A DNA stretch of 64,000 nt from NCBI GenBank assembly GCA_033391075.1, contig JAWPMV010000004.1:182642-246641 (forward strand), given 5' to 3'. The DNA comes from Bacteroidia bacterium (lineage in GTDB: Bacteria; Bacteroidota; Bacteroidia; J057). A program made the position numbers and the translations under genes. The notes beneath the pieces were generated by a model. That model saw nothing but the letters and a program-made list of their open reading frames with translations. It was not told the DNA's origin and ran no database searches. Of this stretch, positions 16,913 through 25,805 are shown piece after piece; position 1 is the first letter of the stretch, and the number at the start of each line of letters is the position of its first letter.

Positions 16913-19799
16913 GTAATAATTCTTTTTCTGATAGTTTTCCGTTTTCTGAATAGGGGAGCTGTGGGAGGAAATAGATTCGACGGGGAAGCTTGCGCTCTCC
17001 CAATTGGGTCCGGAGATTCTGTTGCAATTCTGCACGAAAGGAAGCGGGGTCCATGTCAGGATTTCTCAGGACTATACAGGCTGCAATTTTCTCTGCATCT
17101 TCTTCCTCATACGCATAGCAAATGACGTCTTCAACTTGCTCCTGTGTGCCAATTGCATCCTGGATTTCTTTGAGATAAACGACTTCTCCGCTGGAGATTT
17201 TTACAATATTTCTGATCCGGCCCAGGAGTTGAATATTACCAGCTTCTGTATAGCGAGCCCGGTCATGGGTATAAAACCATCCGTCCCGGATTACTTCTGC
17301 TGTTTTCTCCGGCATAGCCAGATAGCCCTGCATAATATTCTCGCTGTAGATACGAAGTTCTCCTTCTTCTCCTTTAGCTACTGGCTTTCCTGATTCATCG
17401 ACGATTTGTGCTATACAATCAATGGGTTTTCCAATGCTATCGTTGAGTAGGTTTTCTTCCAAAGGATTTTGGGAAATGCAAATCCCGGTGGTTTCCGTTA
17501 AGCCATAATAGTTGAGAATATCTTTGTCAAAAGCTGATTTAAAATCCTTTCTCAGAGATTGACTCAAGGCATTTCCGGTACAAATCAGAGATCGAATGCT
17601 ATCCAGTTGACCTCTGATTTTTTCGGCATACTTGGCAAATTGATGAAGTAAGGCAGGATTGCTACTTAAGACTGTAGCTTTACTCTCTTCTACTGCCTCA
17701 GCGATTCCGAATAAATTACCCATCGTGTTTGACCCGGGAAGCACTACGCTTGCTCCTACATGTAAGGGTGCTATAACGGTATTTCGCAAACCACTCATAC
17801 TTTCCAGACCTCCAATCGCTAAAAGCCGATCTTCTTCTTCCCATTGAAAAGTCTCTGTGATCAGTCTGCCACTTCTGAAAAGATTTCCATGCGAAAGCTG
17901 AACACCTTTGGGCATACCGGTTGATCCCGAAGTGAATAAAATGACCGCTTTATCTTTAGACTGAACCTCTACTTCTGATAATTCTTCATCCTCAATTTCT
18001 TCCAGCCAATCTTCGAAGTACAAAGCATCTTCAGCCTGCTCTTCTTCATCAAAAAGAATGATTGAACTTTCCCCAAAAAATGATCCTTTCTCCTGGTAAA
18101 GCTTTTCAGTCAGGAAAACCCGTTTTGCATCTGTCAATTTCAGGATGTGTTCGATTGTTTCCTGAGGCAAATGCCCGCCAATCGGAGCAACAACAATCCC
18201 TAATTGCATACAAGCCCAGTATAGCATGACTGCTTCCGTATGAATATTGCCTGCAATAATGACATTATCGCCTTTTTTCAAACCAGAGGCATGCAAACCA
18301 AGCATGATCATTTCGACTACTTCTTCGCAGTCTTCATAGGTAAATTCACTTTCATCCTCCAGAGAGATGAGTGCATGTTTTTCCGGGAAGGCTTTGACAG
18401 CATGTTGCCACAAAGACTTTAGATTTTGCTGTGTTTCCGGAACCAAATACTCCTGAGACATCAGGTGGTATTGTAAACGGGTAGCTTCTCTGGAAACGGG
18501 CAATACCTGTAGCATCCCCAGCTTTTCAAGTTTTTCCAGCTCTGCATATAGCTCTTCCTTACTACAGCCGATGCGTTCCTGCATCTCTTTCACCGAATAA
18601 GCATGCGTGGCCAAATAGGTGATTTGAGTTGCAAGTAAGGAAAGCTCGAAATTATCCAGGGCTTTGATTCGCTCAATATAAATAGGATGTCTATCCAGCA
18701 AATAGCCTACTGATCCATTGAGATAGTCGTGGTCTACTTCTACTTTTTGGTGATGCAAGTCAATATTCAGAAGCAGATTGATGATGACAAAACAATCCTC
18801 TATCGAATCCAGGTCTTTCATAGAGAAAGCTGACAAAGAATCGCCTTCCCATGCTTTTGGTAGAACTGCTATCAAAGAATTATAATCGGTTTGATCCGGG
18901 GTCGATATCAAAGGGATTTCAGCTAGTGCATGGATTTCATTTGCTGCGAACATATAGGGTTCGGAGAAGACATATCCTTTCCAATTGCTTTCATCCGGAA
19001 AAAGGGAAAAGGCACGATCATAATCCATTCCATGCATCTGCTTGCAGCCTCTTTCAAACCAGGGCTCCGGCTCATTATTGGTGAGATGGACATGAGGGAA
19101 AATAATAGCGCCCTCATCCTTAACCACCCGCATCAATTCCTTTAATAGTAAGCCTTGATTAAAGCGATGGAAGGTATCCAAACCGACTGAGAATGCGATG
19201 CTATTATCAGCCAATGGCAAAGGCTCATCCAGATCGCAAAACATTACACGGATGTTATCTCTTTCCTGTAACCAGAAGTTGTAGCCTTTATAGCCCAGAA
19301 CGTCCTTATTCCCTTCCCAGGTGGTAAGAATTTCATTCTCCGGAAAGAGACCCGCTAATAGGGCAGTGATCCATCCCGAACGGTCCCAGAGATTAAGGAT
19401 AGTATCTCCTTTTTTTACAGTGGCTCTGAGTTTTTTAAAGAAAGGATACAAAGCTTTGGAAGCTTCATTGAAGGGTTGAAAGCAGGCGTACATATCATAA
19501 TTGGGACGCCGGGCTTTTTGTTGCAGAAATATTTCATACTGCAGTTGATTTCCCAGGAGCTTTTCCAGTTTTTGGAATTTATTTCCCAAAACCTGGCCGG
19601 GAAACATATCAGATTCATTAAAAAAATAGAGCTTGTCAATGATGGGAACAAAGTGCGGATGGCTCTTCCCTTGCAGGAAGCTGCGCTTTTTTCCATCAAT
19701 CGATTCCGATTGATGTGAATATAGGGCGTTCAACATACAGTCAATTCTAAAACGTTCAATGGCATGAGAAAAGAGCGGCAAGCAGCAAGGTATATCCAA
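16890..19799 (-). CDS. multidomain protein: methyltransferase-fold-like N-terminus + wHTH-like linker + ANL adenylation domain
   Basis: C-terminal ~500 aa has ILFTSGSTGMPKG, YYGLTETTG, WFYTHDRA (TGD changed to THD), GRIRNIVKISSGEVV and ENGKLSEKEL. N-terminal residues ~100-300 resemble a Rossmann methyltransferase (GDTILNLWDRSGW, DNSIAFSVGLDTFHRF, LMRVVKDEGAIIF) with a degenerate Gly-rich loop. The start is uncertain: TTG at 19799 or ATG at 19736. Confidence 0.8.
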   Translation of the reverse strand: MDIPCCLPLFSHAIERFRIDCMLNALYSHQSESIDGKKRSFLQGKSHPHFVPIIDKLYFFNESDMFPGQVLGNKFQKLEKLLGNQLQYEIFLQQKARRPNYDMYACFQPFNEASKALYPFFKKLRATVKKGDTILNLWDRSGWITALLAGLFPENEILTTWEGNKDVLGYKGYNFWLQERDNIRVMFCDLDEPLPLADNSIAFSVGLDTFHRFNQGLLLKELMRVVKDEGAIIFPHVHLTNNEPEPWFERGCKQMHGMDYDRAFSLFPDESNWKGYVFSEPYMFAANEIHALAEIPLISTPDQTDYNSLIAVLPKAWEGDSLSAFSMKDLDSIEDCFVIINLLLNIDLHHQKVEVDHDYLNGSVGYLLDRHPIYIERIKALDNFELSLLATQITYLATHAYSVKEMQERIGCSKEELYAELEKLEKLGMLQVLPVSREATRLQYHLMSQEYLVPETQQNLKSLWQHAVKAFPEKHALISLEDESEFTYEDCEEVVEMIMLGLHASGLKKGDNVIIAGNIHTEAVMLYWACMQLGIVVAPIGGHLPQETIEHILKLTDAKRVFLTEKLYQEKGSFFGESSIILFDEEEQAEDALYFEDWLEEIEDEELSEVEVQSKDKAVILFTSGSTGMPKGVQLSHGNLFRSGRLITETFQWEEEDRLLAIGGLESMSGLRNTVIAPLHVGASVVLPGSNTMGNLFGIAEAVEESKATVLSSNPALLHQFAKYAEKIRGQLDSIRSLICTGNALSQSLRKDFKSAFDKDILNYYGLTETTGICISQNPLEENLLNDSIGKPIDCIAQIVDESGKPVAKGEEGELRIYSENIMQGYLAMPEKTAEVIRDGWFYTHDRARYTEAGNIQLLGRIRNIVKISSGEVVYLKEIQDAIGTQEQVEDVICYAYEEEDAEKIAACIVLRNPDMDPASFRAELQQNLRTQLGERKLPRRIYFLPQLPYSENGKLSEKELLHAIQQYH

Positions 19800-19927
19800 A
19801 CACTATACCCTTCTGTTTCTGAGAAGAAGGGGAGGAAATGTCTTTGGAATATCTCTACAATAAAGTAATTGACAAGCGCGGAGTAAACATGCTGCGCCTT
19901 GCTGGTAGAAAATCCTGTATGGATGGT

Positions 19928-20605
19928 TTAATTTGTAGGCTTGGCCCAGTAAACACGGGTTTCAAAAGTCCCTCCGGGAATTACCCGATCCAATTTCAGC
20001 CAGCTTTGTGCCTCAAAAACTTCCTTATGGACGGGCATATAGTAGATGATCTGAATAGCCCGTGGATTTCTTTGAAGAGAGTCTTCAATATTTCCCAAAA
20101 CCGTATTCAAAACTTTGCCGGGAAAAGGATGAAAGAGGTAAAAGTGAGAGAAACGATCTATGTCATGAAAATCTCGGGCATCAGACTCATATATTGAGAG
20201 ATGTTGGCTTTCCAGAAGAAAGAAATTCTTTTTAGCAATACTTACGAGAAAGGGTGAAACTTCAACTCCCGCAACTTCCTCGAACCCAAATTCATCCAGA
20301 ATAAGCATGGCTGCCCCTTTGCCCGATCCATAATCAAGAATACGATCACTCGGTTTAATCTTTAGTTGAGTAAAGGTATTCCTCAAGTCCTTTCGCTCGC
20401 TAGGTGCATAATAGATTTCTTCTCCGAATTCCTCCAGGCCCAGGGTCTTATTGTCTACAGAAGGTGTAATATCGAGGCCCGCAAATTTCTCCCGAAGAAT
20501 CCTGAGATTCCTGCTGATTTTTGCAAGTAGATTTTGGGAACTATAATGGTCCAGGGCCTTATTCATACCATTTCTTGAATACTCAATCAATGAAAAAAAA
20601 TCCAA
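19928..20605 (-). CDS. class I SAM-dependent methyltransferase
   Basis: Motif I ILDYGSGKGAAMLIL followed by an acidic post-I segment (GVEVS). Compact 225-aa Rossmann-type layout. Confidence 0.8.
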   Translation of the reverse strand: MDFFSLIEYSRNGMNKALDHYSSQNLLAKISRNLRILREKFAGLDITPSVDNKTLGLEEFGEEIYYAPSERKDLRNTFTQLKIKPSDRILDYGSGKGAAMLILDEFGFEEVAGVEVSPFLVSIAKKNFFLLESQHLSIYESDARDFHDIDRFSHFYLFHPFPGKVLNTVLGNIEDSLQRNPRAIQIIYYMPVHKEVFEAQSWLKLDRVIPGGTFETRVYWAKPTN

Positions 20606-20690
20606 CTCAACAAATAATGTAACTGACTATATAGGAAATTTTATATAATCTCAGCCTGTAAAGAATTCGATTTCTCTATTTTCTAATATA

Positions 20691-20708
20691 AAAAAGCTAT
20701 AGCTTTTT
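20691..20708. terminator. perfect 18-bp palindrome AAAAAGCTATAGCTTTTT (putative bidirectional terminator downstream of the LytTR operon)
   Basis: Self-complementary with A/T runs on both flanks. It lies 115 nt downstream of the 20823 gene end on the minus strand. Confidence 0.4.
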
Positions 20709-20822
20709 GGCTCAATTGACCTCAAAAATCCTTAATTCCCAAAAAATATCTCTTCCATGTCCTATTGTTCGAAACTCATTCCTCAGTAGGTGGAATTTTA
20801 TTAGAAACATTCAAAATCTGAT

Positions 20823-21539
20823 CTAGGCCTGAGCTTTTAAATACTCTATGACTGCTTTTTTATAACTCGCACCTATCGGGATTTCTATATCTCCAATCTC
20901 TATATCATGATGAGTAAAGGCTGAAATCATCGAACTGTTTACGATGTAGGAGCGATGAATACGAATGAAGGCCTCCGGTAAGAGTTTTTCATAGCGACTG
21001 ATGGTGTCCTTGGAAATGATGTTTTTGCCGGTTGTGTGTATACGCACATAATCCTTGATACTTTCGATATAAAGAATTTGATCCAGATAAACTTTTACAT
21101 GCTTTTTATCGGCATACACATAAATAGATCCACGTGGTTTTTCCAGTCCTTCGCTGCTTTCTTTTACTTCCTCTTTCTGATTTAATTTCAGGTATTTATT
21201 GACAGACTTAAAGAAACGTCCGAAAGAGATGGGTTTCAATAAATAATCCAGGACTTCAATCTCATAACCTTCAATGGCATATTCTCTGAATGCAGTTGTA
21301 AGGATTACCTGAGGAGGATTAGAAAGAGAGCGAATAAATTCAATCCCATTCATTTGAGGCATTTCCACATCCAGAAAAACAAGGTCAACCGCTTCTCGGT
21401 TCAGGACTTCAAATGCTTTCATACTATCCTGACAACTTGCCACAAGATGAAGTTGAGGGATCTGTTTTACATAATCCTCGATCACCTCAGCTGCCAAAGG
21501 TTCATCATCTACAATCAGGCATTTTATGGGGCTCTTCAT
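20823..21539 (-). CDS. LytTR-family response regulator
   Basis: REC domain (CLIVDDEPLA..., DLVFLDVEMPQMNGI) plus a LytTR DNA-binding domain (IESIKDYVRIHT..., FIRIHRSYIVN). Confidence 0.9.
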   Translation of the reverse strand: MKSPIKCLIVDDEPLAAEVIEDYVKQIPQLHLVASCQDSMKAFEVLNREAVDLVFLDVEMPQMNGIEFIRSLSNPPQVILTTAFREYAIEGYEIEVLDYLLKPISFGRFFKSVNKYLKLNQKEEVKESSEGLEKPRGSIYVYADKKHVKVYLDQILYIESIKDYVRIHTTGKNIISKDTISRYEKLLPEAFIRIHRSYIVNSSMISAFTHHDIEIGDIEIPIGASYKKAVIEYLKAQA

Positions 21540-21548
21540 ATCTCGTGT

Positions 21549-22631
21549 TTAAAGGTCTATATGTAGGATTACGCTATAGGAATCTTTCTGGTCTTCGATG
21601 ATCATCCTATGCCGTTCCGGATATTGCAAACTCAGCTGCCGTTTCAAGTTTTTTATACCAATTCCTTTACCTCCTGAGTCTCTGGAAGAGAGAATTTTTG
21701 ATTTGGAATTGAAAACCCGGAAAGAAAGCAGCTTATCAGTAAGCGTCAGATTTATCCGGATTAAAGGATCACCATCTTTGGTAGTCATCACATATTTGAA
21801 AGCGTTTTCTACAAGACTGATCAAAAGGAGGGGAGCAATTTGCACTTCGGTATCCTCTATCTTCTGGTCCAGTAAGATCATGAGGCTATCCTTATACCGC
21901 AAACTCTGAAGATCTGCATAACTCTCGATCAACTCCCATTCTTTTATAATAGGTACCCTTGGCTGATTGCATTCATAGATGGTATAGTCGAGGATCTCCG
22001 ACAACTTCATAACCATATCCGCCGTTTGCTCTGATCCACTTTTCGCTAATGCATAAATATTGTTGAGGGTATTGAAAAGGAAGTGGGGATTCATTTGTGC
22101 CTTGAGGAAGTTGAGTTCTGCCATGCTTTTTTCACGCTCAAGGCTGATGAGTTTATTCTCCTGCTGAAATCTTTCTTTCATCATCTTCAGTAGAAAGAGA
22201 AGTACGGCTGGCAAATAAACAGATACCATATATACCTTGATCAGATAGACAGCGTCTGTGATCACTTCCCAGACCGATTCCTCATAACTTTCAAAATTGA
22301 TGAGGGGTTCAGCGATATGGATAATGGAAAGTCGGGCCAATGCAGAGAGTCCATAGGCGATCAATGCCAGACTGACAAAAAATAGCAACCAGCGACCCTT
22401 ATACAATAGTTTCGGAATGAGATAATAGATCAAGGAATAGGCAGCCAGCATCTGAACCGGCAGAATACTAAGCATATTGATCAGATTATCTTTAAAGCTA
22501 CTTCCTAACAGGCTGCCATGATATGCCAGTAAAAGGATTACAAGAACCCAAAAACCCAGATGATAGATAAACCTGGGGATGGAATCAATCCTACTGATAT
22601 TGGAGTTATGAAGTGATAGCGAGTAAGCCAT
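21549..22631 (-). CDS. LytS/YehU-like sensor histidine kinase
   Basis: Multi-TM N-terminus, a His_kinase motif (AQMNPHFLFNTLNNIYAL) and a C-terminal ATPase-like region. It is adjacent to its LytTR response regulator. Confidence 0.85.
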   Translation of the reverse strand: MAYSLSLHNSNISRIDSIPRFIYHLGFWVLVILLLAYHGSLLGSSFKDNLINMLSILPVQMLAAYSLIYYLIPKLLYKGRWLLFFVSLALIAYGLSALARLSIIHIAEPLINFESYEESVWEVITDAVYLIKVYMVSVYLPAVLLFLLKMMKERFQQENKLISLEREKSMAELNFLKAQMNPHFLFNTLNNIYALAKSGSEQTADMVMKLSEILDYTIYECNQPRVPIIKEWELIESYADLQSLRYKDSLMILLDQKIEDTEVQIAPLLLISLVENAFKYVMTTKDGDPLIRINLTLTDKLLSFRVFNSKSKILSSRDSGGKGIGIKNLKRQLSLQYPERHRMIIEDQKDSYSVILHIDL

Positions 22632-22846
22632 GAATGCAAAATACAGCCAAAATAGCTTATGTTTTTACTTTGTCGACGAATACCGGAATAATGACAATGA
22701 AAAGCTGAATTAGTGAGCTAAATATGCTTCGTCCTCATAAAATGCCTGTCTATCGATGGCTGCTTTGTCTTGATCTTATTTCTCCCATTCCTATCAAATC
22801 TTCCTGCATCTTTGGATCGTAGCTCAATTCAATAATTCTATATACA

Positions 22847-24178
22847 ATGAAAAATCAGGTCATCTTTCTACTGCTGGGCATCTTCTGTAATGCTCTCCTT
22901 GCTCAAAACAATTGTGGCAAACTCCTCAAAGCGGTAGAAGAAAATAATATCTCCGCCGTCCGCAGCCTGCTGAATAGTGCAGATGTAGATTGTGTGTATG
23001 AGAAAAGTAATCCTCGTACAGCTCTGGTCATGGCAGCCCGGGAAGGACATAAAGAAATAGTCGAACTCCTTATTAGCAAAGGAGCAAAGGTGAGCTTTCA
23101 TCACAAACATGATGAAACGCCTTTGATGGCAGCATCCGGAAGTGGAATGGGGGCGATGGTTGATCTTATGATCAAAAAAGGAGCAGATGTAAATGAAGAG
23201 GAGAGAGGAGACGGAACAGCTCTGATCCTCGCTGCTCGACACGGCCACCTATCTATCGTCAAAAAACTTCTAAACCTGGGAGCAAAAATCAATGTCCTTA
23301 GCACAGGAGATGGGAGCGCACTCATCAATGCAGTCGCCGGAGGACATCCCCAGGTAGTCAAATACCTGCTCGAAAATGGAGCCAATCCCAATCTCGGAAA
23401 TATCGCAGATGGTTATCCGCTGGAGATTGCGCTCAATAAAGGAGATGATGAGATGATTCGCTTGCTGACGGCTAAAGGAGGTAGCAATAAAGGAGAATAT
23501 GATCGTTACGATGACGATGACGAGTATGATGATGAGGATGACGAAGATGATTATGAATATGAGGATGACGAACAAGACGAAGAAGGATTGTTGAATGCCT
23601 CATCACAAGATCAGTTGGAATGGGTGAAAAAGATGGTAGAAGGGGGTGCGGATGTGAATAAAAAGTATTACGGAGACGGCACACCTTTGATTATAGCTGT
23701 GAGAATTGGAAATATGGAGGTCGTGAAATACCTGGTCGAACAGGGAGCAGATGTGGATTTGGATATTCGGGGAGACGGAAGTCCCCTGATCGTTGCAGCA
23801 GCTCGGGGAGATCAGGCCATCATTTCCTACCTCTTATCAAAGGGGGCAGATATAGATAAAGGAGTAAAAGGAGATGGAAATCCCCTCATTGCTGCGGTGG
23901 AATATGGACATGAAGATATAGTGGTATATCTCCTGGATAAAGGAGCCGATGTTAACTATGAAATAACCGGTGATGAAACGCCTCTGATCAGAGCTTGTGC
24001 AGAAGGGAATCTGGAATTGGTAAAGCTTCTGGTTGCCAGAGGGGCAGATGTAAACAAGTCTTCCCGAGAAGTCTACAACCTCAATTCTCGTTTATATACT
24101 CCTCTTAAAGTAGCACGCAAAGGAGGATACTCAGATATCGTAGCTTATTTACTAGACAAAGGCGCTAAAAATGATTAA
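22847..24178 (+). CDS. secreted ankyrin-repeat protein with internal poly-acidic linker
   Basis: Signal peptide. Two blocks of ankyrin repeats (G.TPL..A...GH..IV..LL..GADVN) are separated by EYDRYDDDDEYDDEDDEDDYEYEDDEQDEE. Confidence 0.9.
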   Translation: MKNQVIFLLLGIFCNALLAQNNCGKLLKAVEENNISAVRSLLNSADVDCVYEKSNPRTALVMAAREGHKEIVELLISKGAKVSFHHKHDETPLMAASGSGMGAMVDLMIKKGADVNEEERGDGTALILAARHGHLSIVKKLLNLGAKINVLSTGDGSALINAVAGGHPQVVKYLLENGANPNLGNIADGYPLEIALNKGDDEMIRLLTAKGGSNKGEYDRYDDDDEYDDEDDEDDYEYEDDEQDEEGLLNASSQDQLEWVKKMVEGGADVNKKYYGDGTPLIIAVRIGNMEVVKYLVEQGADVDLDIRGDGSPLIVAAARGDQAIISYLLSKGADIDKGVKGDGNPLIAAVEYGHEDIVVYLLDKGADVNYEITGDETPLIRACAEGNLELVKLLVARGADVNKSSREVYNLNSRLYTPLKVARKGGYSDIVAYLLDKGAKND

Positions 24179-25601
24179 ACAACAGAAAACTGCCACTTTC
24201 CTTCTTGTCTTCCTGCTCTTTATGGGGCAGGTGTATAGCCAGAAAAATCACCAACTGGCAAAAGAACACGCACAGGCGCTCTTTAAAGCATTCATACAAT
24301 CTGAAGATAGTCCTCCCGGTATTTCAGTTGCTGTGAGAAAGGGAGATCAAACGATTTATGCAGCAGGTTTTGGGATTGCAAAATCGGAAGACCAGGCAGC
24401 CGTCACGCCAAATACCCGCTTTCGCGCAGCTTCTGTCTCCAAAATGATGACCACTACTGCCATGGCAAAATTGTACCAGGAGGGAAAACTCGATTTTGAC
24501 AAAGCCGTGAGTTCCTATGTTCCCCAATTCCCCAAAAAGGCACATAGTTTTAGTGTAGCTCAATTATCGGGACATATTGCCGGCTTTCCACACTATTCCT
24601 TTAGCGATAAGATTCAAAAACGCTTTTACCCTTCTGTTTCCGAATCCCTGGGAACCTTTTCCCATCAAAAGCTGCTATTTGAACCCGGGACCAAATACAA
24701 ATATTCCACCCATGGATATACTTTGCTCTCTGCGGTCATAGAAGGAGCTTCACAGATGGAATTTCTGGATTACCTCGATCAGGAAATTTTTGAGCCTCTT
24801 GGGATGCAATCTTCTGGTCCCGATCTCAGGCATGCCATTCACAAGGACATGAGCGAACTTTTTTACATCAATAAATCTGGGAAAGTATCACAGGTAAAGA
24901 AGCCGCAAGACCCTAGCTATAAGTGGGGCGGAGGAGGAATGACTTCTACGCCCAGCGATCTGGTAAAATTGGGAAGTGCCTATTATTCAGGTTTCTTCAG
25001 TTCCCAAACCGTAGATCGGATGTTTCAGACTCAGGCATTGAATGATGGCAAGGAAACCTGGGTGGGAATCGGATGGCGGACCAATGTAGACCCCTTTGGG
25101 AGAAAAGTTCATGAACATGCCGGTTCGATGGAAGGAACCCGCAGCGTAATCTGCATTTTCCCCGAAGAAAAAATGAGTGTATCCATCATGGGAAATGCGA
25201 GCAGGCCCCATATGATAGAAGAAAGTGCCCATGTGCTGGCATCTCTGTTTTTGTCAGAAGAAGAAGCGGATCTAAGCCTTAAAGGAAAAGGAGAAGTGGA
25301 CTTTGTTCGTCGAGGAAGCAAAAAACAAGTCAAAGGAAAGGGACAGATTCAGCTGGAAGGAGCAAAAGGAATTTTATCGATAAAGAATGGAGATGAGGAG
25401 GAGGTAAACTACCAACTCATCAAACTAAGAGACAAAGACCTTTATGGCTTGATCACCGAATACGGCATCCTTTTTTGCCAGATCAAAGTAGAGAATGGGA
25501 TCTTGGAAGGAGGAGCGATCCTTTATGGAAGCATGAGGCCTACAAAAGTGGGATTCGACGAAGCTTTCATTTCCTTTTCCGGAGATTTCACACAAGAATA
25601 G
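24171..25601 (+). CDS. serine hydrolase, beta-lactamase/PBP4* (class C-like) family
   Basis: Signal peptide, SxxK motif (RAASVSKMMT), and a YSTHGY (YxN-like) region. Its start overlaps the ankyrin gene end by 8 nt. Confidence 0.85.
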   Translation: MIKQQKTATFLLVFLLFMGQVYSQKNHQLAKEHAQALFKAFIQSEDSPPGISVAVRKGDQTIYAAGFGIAKSEDQAAVTPNTRFRAASVSKMMTTTAMAKLYQEGKLDFDKAVSSYVPQFPKKAHSFSVAQLSGHIAGFPHYSFSDKIQKRFYPSVSESLGTFSHQKLLFEPGTKYKYSTHGYTLLSAVIEGASQMEFLDYLDQEIFEPLGMQSSGPDLRHAIHKDMSELFYINKSGKVSQVKKPQDPSYKWGGGGMTSTPSDLVKLGSAYYSGFFSSQTVDRMFQTQALNDGKETWVGIGWRTNVDPFGRKVHEHAGSMEGTRSVICIFPEEKMSVSIMGNASRPHMIEESAHVLASLFLSEEEADLSLKGKGEVDFVRRGSKKQVKGKGQIQLEGAKGILSIKNGDEEEVNYQLIKLRDKDLYGLITEYGILFCQIKVENGILEGGAILYGSMRPTKVGFDEAFISFSGDFTQE

Positions 25602-25626
25602 ATTAAATTTTTCGAGAATGACGATG

Positions 25627-25655
25627 AGGAACTGCTTTTGGGCAGTTCCTTTTTG
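25627..25655 (+). terminator. Rho-independent terminator
   Basis: AGGAACTGC (25627-25635) / GCAGTTCCT (25642-25650) followed by TTTTTG. Confidence 0.6.
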
Positions 25656-25805
25656 TTGATGATCAGGAAAGCAGGCTCCAATCCGAAAGGGTCATACTGA
25701 GCGAATCCGAAATATCTAAAATCCAGGTAACTTTGCTGATTATGTGGCAAGTAATCTGGATGTACACTTAGGTCCTTCCCCAAGTTCGGGGTGAGAAGTA
25801 TTTTA

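Noticed and set aside
15050-17035. Long form (661 aa) of the carrier-ligase ORF starting at 17035.
   Set aside because: The extra 41 residues would overlap the end of the upstream adenylation gene by 146 nt and look non-protein-like. The Met at 16912 (MPYNNITDLF) aligns with the usual start of ANL enzymes.
23490-23590. GAT/GAC/GAA-rich repetitive DNA that could be mistaken for a tandem repeat or CRISPR-like array.
   Set aside because: It is in frame inside the ankyrin gene and encodes the poly-acidic linker. It has no repeat-spacer periodicity.
25523-25783. 86-aa minus-strand ORF in the 25602-25805 gap (contains ...FGFAQYDPFG...).
   Set aside because: It overlaps the terminator and the repeat-like motif. 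Such 'proteins' are typical mis-translations of intergenic repeat DNA.
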